A DNA stretch of 64,000 nt, taken from positions 256,001 to 320,000 of the forward strand of contig CBDCUI010000008.1 in assembly GCA_965222615.1 (NCBI GenBank), in the 5' to 3' direction. This DNA comes from Gammaproteobacteria bacterium. Its GTDB lineage: Bacteria > Pseudomonadota > Gammaproteobacteria > UBA4575. The first letter of the stretch is position 1. Every line of letters begins with the position of its first letter. The notes below the pieces were generated by a model. The model made no database searches. It saw nothing but the letters and a program-made list of their open reading frames with translations, and was not told the DNA's origin. The translations under genes were made by a program, and so were the position numbers. This document shows, piece by piece, positions 32,279 through 40,777 of this stretch.

Positions 32279-33271
32279 CTAACTCCCACTTACATCAGCA
32301 AGAAAGTTAGTAGCATTATTTTCATTAGTGCCAAAATAAACATAATAACCATCAACGTCTCCACTAACCTTATCCCAAGAAACGGTTAAGCTCTGGTCAT
32401 TGTTGATTGTTCCACATATGGTCTTAGAAAAATCAGATTCCGTTACGGTATTGTATGATTTAATACTAAAACAAACACTTTTTCCTTTTTCTAAACCCAG
32501 ATCGAGTAACGGATTAGTTGTGTGAGAACGTACGTTTTCTCCAAGAGTATCCGGTGATACTTCGAGAGATGTATCTTTAGTGGAACTGTATGTATCAGGA
32601 GTACTTGTAGAGAGTGCCGCACCTATTAGTGTGGCAGCCTCAAGACTTATATAGCTTCTAACATTATTATCATACCGATTGGTAAGTGTGTATCTTATAG
32701 TTAAGGTTTGCCCACTTGAAGCAGCTCGATAATTTAAAGTGTAAATGCGGCTACTTTTATCGCTAAGCTGTTTGATTTGAGTAGTGAAGGGAGTCGTACT
32801 TCCGTCACTTAAAGCAACCTCAAGTTGGCCACTTGCTTTTTTAATTCCTACAAACAGCTTCAAGGTTTTAGTCGTAGTATCTGCTGGTACTTTTAGTTCA
32901 AATCCGTTTCCAATTTTTAATATACGAAAAGCACTTTTGGTTGAATTATTGGTGTTGAGCGTTCCATCGGTCCATGAATAGTTGCTAGCAGTGCCATATA
33001 ATTCTCTAGGAGTTTCGTTGCCTATAATGGCAACATCACTGATCTGTGGTATAACTCCTGTCTTACGATCAGTTAAGGCGGGTCGCGGACCATAGTGAAC
33101 CCAATCGTCTGATCCGCTGGAAAGATATACTTCGTATGGGCTTTTACCCGACGCTACAGAAAGGGCGCCTGTATTACTATTGGCTTGGACAGTTGATATA
33201 AAGGATAAATCGATTAAATGGCTTAGTGTTAATGTTATAACGAAACCAAGCAATTTCACAGTACTTTTCAT
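32279..33271 (-). CDS. Exported protein: uncharacterised beta-rich domain + C-terminal permuted FN3-like domain (paralogue A)
   Basis: ATG 33271 with GGAG upstream, matching the start of paralogue B; signal-like segment to VQA; shared C-terminal domain. Confidence 0.75.
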   Translation of the reverse strand: MKSTVKLLGFVITLTLSHLIDLSFISTVQANSNTGALSVASGKSPYEVYLSSGSDDWVHYGPRPALTDRKTGVIPQISDVAIIGNETPRELYGTASNYSWTDGTLNTNNSTKSAFRILKIGNGFELKVPADTTTKTLKLFVGIKKASGQLEVALSDGSTTPFTTQIKQLSDKSSRIYTLNYRAASSGQTLTIRYTLTNRYDNNVRSYISLEAATLIGAALSTSTPDTYSSTKDTSLEVSPDTLGENVRSHTTNPLLDLGLEKGKSVCFSIKSYNTVTESDFSKTICGTINNDQSLTVSWDKVSGDVDGYYVYFGTNENNATNFLADVSGS

Positions 33272-33437
33272 ATTCCAACTCCGATTCAAATTGACAGAAA
33301 TGAGGGCAAGTCCATTTCCCCTTTTCTTTAAACGGCTTCTAATCCAATTAGAATTATCTTTAGTTAAACTTCAGCAACATACATCTTTAAAACTAATAAA
33401 TATTTTAGTAAACCTTCATTCTAATAAAGCAGTAATC

Positions 33438-33453
33438 TGTGGAATCTATCACA
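33438..33453. promoter_or_regulatory. CRP/FNR-family box
   Basis: TGTGG-AATCTA-TCACA, one mismatch to TGTGA-N6-TCACA, upstream of paralogue A. Confidence 0.4.
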
Positions 33454-33635
33454 GAAATTATTTATAGAAATTGTCAACTGATGGCGGTGGTAGTATTTTC
33501 ATGATGAACTGGTTATTAATTTGAATATGGGAGTTAAGAATTACAGAGGAGCATCAAATCATATTATTAACATGGATTAAAAGAATTTAATGTTGCTTTT
33601 TATAATTTCAGTTGTTTTGTCAAGTATTAGAATTA

Positions 33636-34082
33636 TTAGCTTTCGATTACATCTGCAAGGAAGTTAGCAACATTATTTTTGTTCTTGCCAAAATAAACAT
33701 AGTAACCGTCAACATTTCCAATAACGTCTTCCCATGAAAGGATTAAGCTATTATCGTTGTTGATTTTTCCACATATGGCTTTTGAGAAATCAGATTCTGT
33801 GACGTTATTATATGATTTAAGTCGAAAACAGATGTTTTCACCTTTTTCTAATCCAAGGTCACGTAGGGGATTTATTTCAATTGAGTTAGGTAACCCTGAG
33901 GTCAAGGGAGGTGTTGTTTTTGGTGTGCGTTTAAATTCTGTATTGGGTTTGGCCCCAGGTGTCGCTGAAGCTATATTAGGTACACCTTCGGCGGTAGATG
34001 GTGAACTACTATCACCACCGCACCCATAAAGACTAAATGTGATTACCACATATAGAGCAAGCAATTTTACAGTGCATTTCAT
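33636..34082 (-). CDS. Lipoprotein with Pro/Thr linker + permuted FN3-like domain (paralogue B)
   Basis: Lipobox LYG|C followed by GGDSSS; P/T-rich linker; shared C-terminal domain. Confidence 0.78.
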   Translation of the reverse strand: MKCTVKLLALYVVITFSLYGCGGDSSSPSTAEGVPNIASATPGAKPNTEFKRTPKTTPPLTSGLPNSIEINPLRDLGLEKGENICFRLKSYNNVTESDFSKAICGKINNDNSLILSWEDVIGNVDGYYVYFGKNKNNVANFLADVIES

Positions 34083-34315
34083 TTTCCAACTCCGATAAAA
34101 TATTGCTTACATTGAATAAATCATCCGGATCTTCTCAATGTAGAATTTTTAGCAAAACAAATCTTAGTTTATAACTAAAGTAATAATTCTCCTTCTAGAA
34201 TAAATGGTACAAAAGAATAGTTTGTGTGGTGCATGATATCTTGTAATAGATTTATTATTTTATTGTAACTATTAAATTATAAATTAATTGTAAATTGTTT
34301 ATTAAGTTTGCTAGC

Positions 34316-34900
34316 TCATAACACATCAGTAAGAAAATTATTAGTACGTTTGGCTGAGCTTCCAAAATATACATGGTAGCCTATTGTAGGGCCTGAACTT
34401 TCAGCCCAAGAGAGCTTAAAATTCTTTGAATTTTTTATGTAAGTACATGCGGGCGATGAAAATGCTGATATTTCTGTGTTTGAATAAGCTTTCACTCTAA
34501 AACATACATAGCCCTTATCAATTCCAAGATCACGTAATGGATTGATATTAGTGTGAGTTGGTGGGGCGCCATTTTTTACGATTTTCTTCTTAGAAGTTTT
34601 CTTTTTAGCGGTCTTTTTCTTCTTAGAAGTTTTCTTTTTAGCAGCTTTTTTCTTCTTAGAAGTTTTCTTTTTAGCGGTCTTTTTCTTCTTAGAAGTTTTC
34701 TTTTTAGCAGTCTTTTTCTTCTTAGCAGCTTTCTTTTTAGCAGCTTTTTTCTTTGCCGCAGCTTTGGTATTTACTTTAGAATTGGATATTTCATTTGATT
34801 TAGCGAAGCTACTTGGTGGGCTAATAAATCCTGTAAGGCTTACTAATAAAAACGTTAAAACCAAGGGCCGCATTAGTTTTACAAGAGAGCTAGAATTCAA
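34316..34900 (-). CDS. Exported Lys-rich protein + permuted FN3-like domain (paralogue C)
   Basis: GAGGAGG RBS 5 nt before TTG; hydrophobic signal to SFA; KKKKTAKKKTS repeats; shared C-terminal domain. Confidence 0.78.
   Translation of the reverse strand: MNSSSLVKLMRPLVLTFLLVSLTGFISPPSSFAKSNEISNSKVNTKAAAKKKAAKKKAAKKKKTAKKKTSKKKKTAKKKTSKKKKAAKKKTSKKKKTAKKKTSKKKIVKNGAPPTHTNINPLRDLGIDKGYVCFRVKAYSNTEISAFSSPACTYIKNSKNFKLSWAESSGPTIGYHVYFGSSAKRTNNFLTDVL
34582..34765 (-). repeat. Coding tandem repeat: about 4 x 33 bp (KKKK[T/A]AKKKTS) plus AAKKK units
   Basis: Repeated ttttcttcttagaagttttctttttagc on the + strand. Confidence 0.9.
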
Positions 34901-35047
34901 GTTATCCTCCTCAAATTGAAATAGAGTTTTATTTTTTGATTGGTTATTGAAATCTTTGTGAGACTAGTTGGGAATAGTAGGACACAGTTAGTTGGTATTC
35001 TCATAATTTTATGAAGAATCAAATGCTTATTGTCTGTTCAAAAATTT

Positions 35048-35063
35048 TGTGAACCCTATCACA
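35048..35063. promoter_or_regulatory. Consensus CRP-family box
   Basis: TGTGA-ACCCTA-TCACA with AT-rich flanks, between divergent paralogue C and wcaJ. Confidence 0.55.
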
Positions 35064-35576
35064 GTAAAAAAGTGAAAAAATTGCTATCCAGGTGAGCGGT
35101 ATAATTTTATCGATGAAGTGTTATTAAACAATAGTTGTTTATTGGTAACCAAAATAATTGTAATCAGCTACAATCGAGATTAATAATTGGTTTAAGTTGG
35201 TTTAAAGTAAATCCAGATGATTTAAATTTATTAATTTTCATAGAGTTACTGACAAGACCTAATAGGCTTTATAGAAAAATTGATTTTGTATTCGCAATGC
35301 TTAAATTAATTACACAAAACAAAGTCATAGTACTCAAATAAGGTACTCTTGACGGTTTCAGATATAGCTCTTTTTAGAGGTGCGGCTTTAGCAGCTTTAC
35401 TTTAAGAGCTGACCTAATAAAGAAATGAGGTTGGTATGGCGTATATGATTTTTGGCTTAAATTCGTTAAGGGATACTTATGGAAACAGAAGTGATTCACA
35501 GCTATTTAGAAGCCATTCTGGTAAATTTTATTCGCAAAACCCGTAAAGCAAGGTATTTCTAATAAGCTTAATCAAG

Positions 35577-37028
35577 ATGAGGCGTAAACAAGAAGTGGTC
35601 GAAAAATCACAAGCGTTATCAGTAGCTTCAAGTGGTTATTTGCCTCGAACGATAACCTTTGGACTGATTAAATTGTGGAGTTGGCTCACCCCGCCATTAG
35701 TTGCTGTAGCAACTTTATTACTTACCATGGCCTTATATGACATCCCCATGAGGGATGCATATCAGAATCTTGCAGTGATTACTTTCCTGGTCACGTTTTT
35801 TATATTTCGTGAAGTTGAATCGGTTAGACCAAAAGACGATAGTGGCTTTCAATCTAACACTAGTAATCTTCTATTGGCTTGGACCTTGATTGTAGGTGTT
35901 TTGCTTCTTATTGGCTACGCTACGAAATATTCCCATATTTACTCTCGTTTAGCTCTGTTCACATGGTTTACGATTACTCCCTTACCACTCCTGCTATCGC
36001 AAATAGCACTTAACCGTCTCAATATTGCTTTGGTACAAAGTACGGGGAATACGCGTAGAGCAGTAGTCGCTGGCGTAACAGAAATAAGTCGCAGATTGGT
36101 GAAACAGTTTGTACAAGACGAAAATCTTGCGACGGAATTTATAGGATATTTTGAAGATCGTAATGCAGAACGTATAGGGTCATTGGAGCATGGCAGAGTA
36201 ATTGGAGATCTCAGCAGTTTATCTGATTATGTCACTCAGAATAATATCGATGTGATTTATATTACTTTACCTATTCGACATCTCGAGCGTACTAAAAAGT
36301 TACTAGACAAATTACATGATACAACCGCATCAATTTATTTTGTGCCAGATATATTTGTATTCGATTTAATTCAAGCTCGTACCTATAATATAAATGGCAT
36401 CCCCGCTGTGTCATTATGCGAAACACCTTTTGTTGGTTTATCAGGCGTATTAAAACATGTAAGTGATTTTGTGATTGCAGGCATCGCAGTGACGTTAACC
36501 GCGCCACTCATGCTTTTGATAGCATTAGGCATCAAGCTTACCTCTAAAGGACCTATATTTTTTAAACAGCGTCGCTATGGTTTAGATGGCCATGAAATTA
36601 TTGTGTATAAGTTTCGTACCATGCATGTTTCTGAAGATGACGATGAGATCACGCAAGTCACACGTAATGATCCACGGGTTACCAAGTTAGGGGCTTTTTT
36701 AAGAAAATATTCGTTAGATGAGCTTCCTCAGTTTATCAATGTTCTGCAAGGCAGAATGAGTGTAGTAGGGCCGCGACCCCATGCTGTGGTACATAACGAA
36801 ACTTATCGAAAAGTTATTAAAGGTTACATGATACGACATAAAGTATTACCTGGTATAACGGGTTTGGCTCAAGTAAGTGGTCTACGTGGTGAGACTAGTA
36901 AGGTCAAACATATGGAAGAACGAATTGAATTAGATCTCGACTATCTTAGACATTGGTCATTACAGTTGGATATCCAGATTATATTTAAGACGATTATGAC
37001 AGTCTTAAGTAGCAAGAACGCCTACTAA
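35577..37028 (+). CDS. wcaJ: Undecaprenyl-phosphate glucose phosphotransferase (priming transferase)
   Basis: N-terminal TMs; FFKQRRYG, YKFRTM, DPRVT, SLDELPQFINVLQG.MSVVGPRPHA, PGITGLAQV. Confidence 0.9.
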   Translation: MRRKQEVVEKSQALSVASSGYLPRTITFGLIKLWSWLTPPLVAVATLLLTMALYDIPMRDAYQNLAVITFLVTFFIFREVESVRPKDDSGFQSNTSNLLLAWTLIVGVLLLIGYATKYSHIYSRLALFTWFTITPLPLLLSQIALNRLNIALVQSTGNTRRAVVAGVTEISRRLVKQFVQDENLATEFIGYFEDRNAERIGSLEHGRVIGDLSSLSDYVTQNNIDVIYITLPIRHLERTKKLLDKLHDTTASIYFVPDIFVFDLIQARTYNINGIPAVSLCETPFVGLSGVLKHVSDFVIAGIAVTLTAPLMLLIALGIKLTSKGPIFFKQRRYGLDGHEIIVYKFRTMHVSEDDDEITQVTRNDPRVTKLGAFLRKYSLDELPQFINVLQGRMSVVGPRPHAVVHNETYRKVIKGYMIRHKVLPGITGLAQVSGLRGETSKVKHMEERIELDLDYLRHWSLQLDIQIIFKTIMTVLSSKNAY

Positions 37029-37119
37029 AATAGCCATTCACAATGGTAGAATGAGAGTGATCTTTTAATGATCTTGTTAACTATTTTAAGCTTCATAAAC
37101 AGGTTATTGTTAATAAAAA

Positions 37120-37641
37120 ATGATTTTAACAAAACTACATCCTGCTTGGTTATTGGGTACGGTATTTCTTTTAGCAATTTTCCGTTTTGTGCCGCATCCA
37201 CCAAATGCAACCCCTATCATAGCTATGGCATTATTTGCAGGAGCTGTATTCAGTAAGCGTATATATGCATATTTAGTACCACTTGCAGCAATGCTATTTA
37301 GTGATTTAGTGTTAGGCTTTCACAGCACAATTTTGTATGTTTATATAGCTGTTATTGCCGCAGTTTTACTCGGTAGTACACTAAAAAAGATATCTGTATT
37401 CAGGCTGGGCATAATCACAATTACTGCCTCATTTATTTTTTATCTTATAACTAATTTTGGCGCTTGGCTTCACCATGATATGTATTCACAAAATTGGTTG
37501 GGTTTAATACAAGCCTATATCGCTGGGCTGCCTTTTTTTCGCAATAGCATAATTGCCAATCTAATGTTTACGTATCTGACTTTTTATGGCCTTGCATGGT
37601 TAGAGAATGAGTTTTCTTTTCCAAGAATTGCCCAGCATTGA
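37120..37641 (+). CDS. DUF6580-like putative membrane transport protein
   Basis: R.VPHPPN.TPI.AMALF.GA, SD..LG, F..ITNFG.W, Y.AGLPFF.N. Confidence 0.75.
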   Translation: MILTKLHPAWLLGTVFLLAIFRFVPHPPNATPIIAMALFAGAVFSKRIYAYLVPLAAMLFSDLVLGFHSTILYVYIAVIAAVLLGSTLKKISVFRLGIITITASFIFYLITNFGAWLHHDMYSQNWLGLIQAYIAGLPFFRNSIIANLMFTYLTFYGLAWLENEFSFPRIAQH

Positions 37642-37703
37642 ACCAGTCTTACACTTGACCAATTTTTCTTTCAAATAATTGCAGTTGACAACTACGCCAA
37701 AAA

Positions 37704-37746
37704 TGCGTGCTCAGTCACAAAATATTGTTATATCTTTATTTACAGT
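37704..37746 (+). promoter_or_regulatory. Putative class II CRP/FNR-type promoter
   Basis: TGCGT-GCTCAG-TCACA (37704-37719) and TACAGT (37741-37746); box centre at -41.5 for a start at 37753. Confidence 0.4.
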
Positions 37747-37752
37747 AGATGT

Positions 37753-37840
37753 GCTGTTTATAAGCTTTATGGATATTGCAGTTCATCTCCTGGCAAGGAT
37801 GCCTTAACCCATGGGTTGGTTCACCGCCCATGGGTTTTTT
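37753..37840 (+). ncRNA. Candidate sRNA of about 88 nt
   Basis: Promoter geometry above, CATCTCCT anti-SD-like motif, GGCA-AGGA-TGCC hairpin, strong terminator, no ORF in the track. Confidence 0.4.
37806..37840 (+). terminator. Rho-independent terminator
   Basis: AACCCATGGG...CCCATGGGTT stem running into a T tract. Confidence 0.75.
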
Positions 37841-38010
37841 GCTTTTAGGCAGTCTGTTTTTTAATACTTCGTTATAATAATTTTTTGTAGCTTTCATTAA
37901 CGATTTTGTTAGCTTCAGCCTGTAAAAATTATTTTGCTTTGTTTTGTATAAATATACTTGCTCAGATAAGTTAGATTTGAGCTTCTTCCTTAGTGTGTGA
38001 TAGAGATGTT

Positions 38011-38790
38011 TTAAAGCTGACGACGAGTACCAAGAAGAATATCATTGGCTCTCAACTGCTTAAGCGCTTGTTCGCCACCTTTGTAAACTAATTCTGGGTT
38101 AGGGTGATTAATTTGCTTAACGATTTCATCCAATAGTTCTTGGCCAGTTTTATCATTTTCACTCTCAATCAATCCCACTAGCATTGCAGTAATGGGATTT
38201 AATTCCATAAAGCCTACTTTATCTTGACGATCCCGATAAATTATAAGAAATGTAGGTTGTTCACTAGCCTGCTTGGGTTGAAAGCTGGGTTTTATTTTAT
38301 GTACTGGGTAATTATAAGTATGTATTTGCGCAAGAGTGGATAATACTGGTATTCCTTTAACTAAATCACCGTTTAGATCAACATTAGATTCATCAAGTTC
38401 CAGTGTGGAAAATGATAAATCAATTTCAATCCATTCATAGTGGGCTAATTCTTTAATAAAGACTGGATCTTCAGGTTGAAGCTTACGTTCGTATTGTAGA
38501 TAACCGAGAAACTCCCTAGAAATGTCTTTGAAATAAGGAGTTGTTGATTGATGATTTGCAAAAAAATCTCTGACCATTCTATGCCAATCTTCATCATTAT
38601 AAAGTTTACGTAATACTGGAAATGCATTAGCGATAAAATTCTGAATATTTCGATAGAAAAGTCCTCGATAAATCTCCATACGTCGATCTTCAATATCAGA
38701 TGGTGCAGTCGCATGATCAGGATCTCTTAAATGTGCTGTAAATTCGTATTGAATTTTTTTAAAAGCAGCGTTTTCACTCTCTTTGTTCAT
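38011..38790 (-). CDS. hvfC: DUF2063-family MNIO partner protein (HvfC/BufC-like)
   Basis: Q.EF.AHLRDP, RRMEIYR.LFY.NI, FPVL, H.S.TPYF..I..EFL, ELAHYEW; directly downstream of DUF692. Confidence 0.88.
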   Translation of the reverse strand: MNKESENAAFKKIQYEFTAHLRDPDHATAPSDIEDRRMEIYRGLFYRNIQNFIANAFPVLRKLYNDEDWHRMVRDFFANHQSTTPYFKDISREFLGYLQYERKLQPEDPVFIKELAHYEWIEIDLSFSTLELDESNVDLNGDLVKGIPVLSTLAQIHTYNYPVHKIKPSFQPKQASEQPTFLIIYRDRQDKVGFMELNPITAMLVGLIESENDKTGQELLDEIVKQINHPNPELVYKGGEQALKQLRANDILLGTRRQL

Positions 38791-38804
38791 GATTAATTAA
38801 AAAC

Positions 38805-39671
38805 TTAACTTACTTGAGCAAGGGATGCTAAAGAGTTGCCCCACTTTTCTTGTAAATTTCGAATGATATGAACTTCTTTCATTAAAGCATCAATAGGAGG
38901 AATATTGAAATCACGCTCAAGTAAAGTTGGTATCACGCCAAATGATTCATAAGTTTTGTCTAGAATTTTCCACACAGGATCAATTACATCAGATCCATGA
39001 GTATCGACAATTAAATCTTCGGCTTCATTAAAATGTCCGGCAACGTGAATATAGGTAATTCGTTCACTGGGCAAGGCCAGTAAAAATTCAATGGGGTCAT
39101 AGTTGTGATTTACAGAATTAACATAGATGTTGTTCACATCCAGTAAAAAATCACAGTCCGCTTCTTTTACTACTTCATTAATGAAATCAATTTCATCCAT
39201 TTCTTTCCCAGGGGCTGCATAATAAGAAATATTCTCAACAGCGATTTTTCTTTCAAGTATTTCTTGCACACGTCTGATTCTGCTAGCTACATAATGCACT
39301 GCTTCTTCCGTAAATGGAATGGGCATAAGATCATACAGGTGTCCATCATCAGAGCAATAACTTAAGTGTTCACTGTAACAGCGAATATTATGTTCATCGA
39401 TAAATTCTTTTACATCGCGAACTAAAGATTCATCTAATGGAGCCGGACCGCCTAGCGATAAAGATAAGCCATGCGTAACAAAAGGAACCTTTTCGGTAAA
39501 TGCGCGAAAGCGTTTGCCCAATTTTCCACCGATCCCGATCCAGTTTTCAGGGGCAACTTCCATAAAGTCGATACCCGCGGGGAAATTATCTTCCAACTCG
39601 TTTAACAAATCGCGACGCAAACCCAGGCCAGAACCCGTTATGGGATATGTTTTTTGTGGATTGGTATTCAT
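38805..39671 (-). CDS. hvfB: DUF692 multinuclear non-heme iron oxidative enzyme (MNIO, HvfB/BufB-like)
   Basis: GLGLRR, EVAPENW, HGLSLSLG, SEHLS, YDLMP.PF, ENISYY, LLDVNNIYVN, HVAGH, DTHG, LLERD. Confidence 0.93.
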   Translation of the reverse strand: MNTNPQKTYPITGSGLGLRRDLLNELEDNFPAGIDFMEVAPENWIGIGGKLGKRFRAFTEKVPFVTHGLSLSLGGPAPLDESLVRDVKEFIDEHNIRCYSEHLSYCSDDGHLYDLMPIPFTEEAVHYVASRIRRVQEILERKIAVENISYYAAPGKEMDEIDFINEVVKEADCDFLLDVNNIYVNSVNHNYDPIEFLLALPSERITYIHVAGHFNEAEDLIVDTHGSDVIDPVWKILDKTYESFGVIPTLLERDFNIPPIDALMKEVHIIRNLQEKWGNSLASLAQVS

Positions 39672-39892
39672 GAGATATTTATTCCTTTCCTTTGGCTAAA
39701 TAGACCTTGTATCAATAGATGAGCTTACACATTAAGGCTATTTTATTTGTGTTGTATTCTAACAGAATCTAAAAATCGCTAAGTGTTTGATTAGATTAAG
39801 GCGATAAAAGTTCACTTATAAAATGATGTAAACTATGGAATCCTGAGTTGTAGGCTGTATCCAATAATATTAATGATAAGCGTTAGTTGATG

Positions 39893-40723
39893 TTAAGGGT
39901 GTGCCAAAAAATACCAATTAATTTCTTGTTTTCGGTACCAGTTAGTTTCAACTTGTCGCGTAAATTGGTTTAGAGCAAGTGGTTTTTTGTTGTGTAACCA
40001 GTCGCCTAGAAGCGAAATTTTTAGCGAACATTGATCGACCAATAGCTTATATATTTGATCCGAGTCACTGGTTCGATTGCGACCATGTTCAAACACTATA
40101 TATGGCTTATTTCTTTTAATTAAATCAAATGCTCCGGATAATAATTTTAGTTGAGCGCCTTCTACGTCAATTTTTATAAAATCTATGTTATGTTCATCTG
40201 GAATAATACTATCCAATTTATCCGTTTTTACACTTATTGCCTGTACCTGATCACTGCTATCATAAGAGGTATTCAAATCTAAACTACTTATCCCTGGACT
40301 ATTGAGTCTATGATAGAAGGTGCACTTTCCTGGTTGGTCACTTAATGCAAGTTCATAGATATTTACGGTTGGAAAATTGTTTTTGAGTTCTGATGCTAAC
40401 TTAGGAATTGGTTCGAATGCATAATGATGCCCATTTGGAGCTATTTTCATAATTTCTTTCAATATGCTGCCCTTATGTGCCCCAGCATCTATACAGTTCG
40501 AGTCATCGGCAAGAACTCGCGACATAATTTCTATAGTCTGACGATCATATAGTCTATTTAATCTATTAAGGCGAGGACGGCGTCTTTGCCTAATTTCACG
40601 TGCAAATTTTTTTGCAACAGGTTCAATAGCTGTTCCTTTAATAGCTTTTTTAGTTAATGCATACATACAATTTTTCTGTAGATGTTTAAAAAATAATTCT
40701 ATAATTATTTTGTAATGTGGCAA
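39893..40723 (-). CDS. FkbM family methyltransferase
   Basis: IDAGAHKG, AFEP, LD, IDFIKIDVEGA, FEH; start uncertain. Confidence 0.88.
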   Translation of the reverse strand: MPHYKIIIELFFKHLQKNCMYALTKKAIKGTAIEPVAKKFAREIRQRRRPRLNRLNRLYDRQTIEIMSRVLADDSNCIDAGAHKGSILKEIMKIAPNGHHYAFEPIPKLASELKNNFPTVNIYELALSDQPGKCTFYHRLNSPGISSLDLNTSYDSSDQVQAISVKTDKLDSIIPDEHNIDFIKIDVEGAQLKLLSGAFDLIKRNKPYIVFEHGRNRTSDSDQIYKLLVDQCSLKISLLGDWLHNKKPLALNQFTRQVETNWYRKQEINWYFLAHP

Positions 40724-40777
40724 TAAATTTCTACTTACTTTTCATAATTTAATTACATTTAATATAAGGAAATAACG

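Noticed and set aside
34553-34798. Phe/Leu-rich 81-aa ORF resembling a membrane peptide
   Set aside because: Antisense reading of the poly-Lys repeat
35135-35341. 68-aa ORF upstream of wcaJ
   Set aside because: TTG start, no RBS, AT-rich promoter-like DNA, no recognisable motif
37029-37119. Cobalamin riboswitch ahead of the DUF6580 gene
   Set aside because: The gap is only about 90 bp, AT-rich, and has no B12 box
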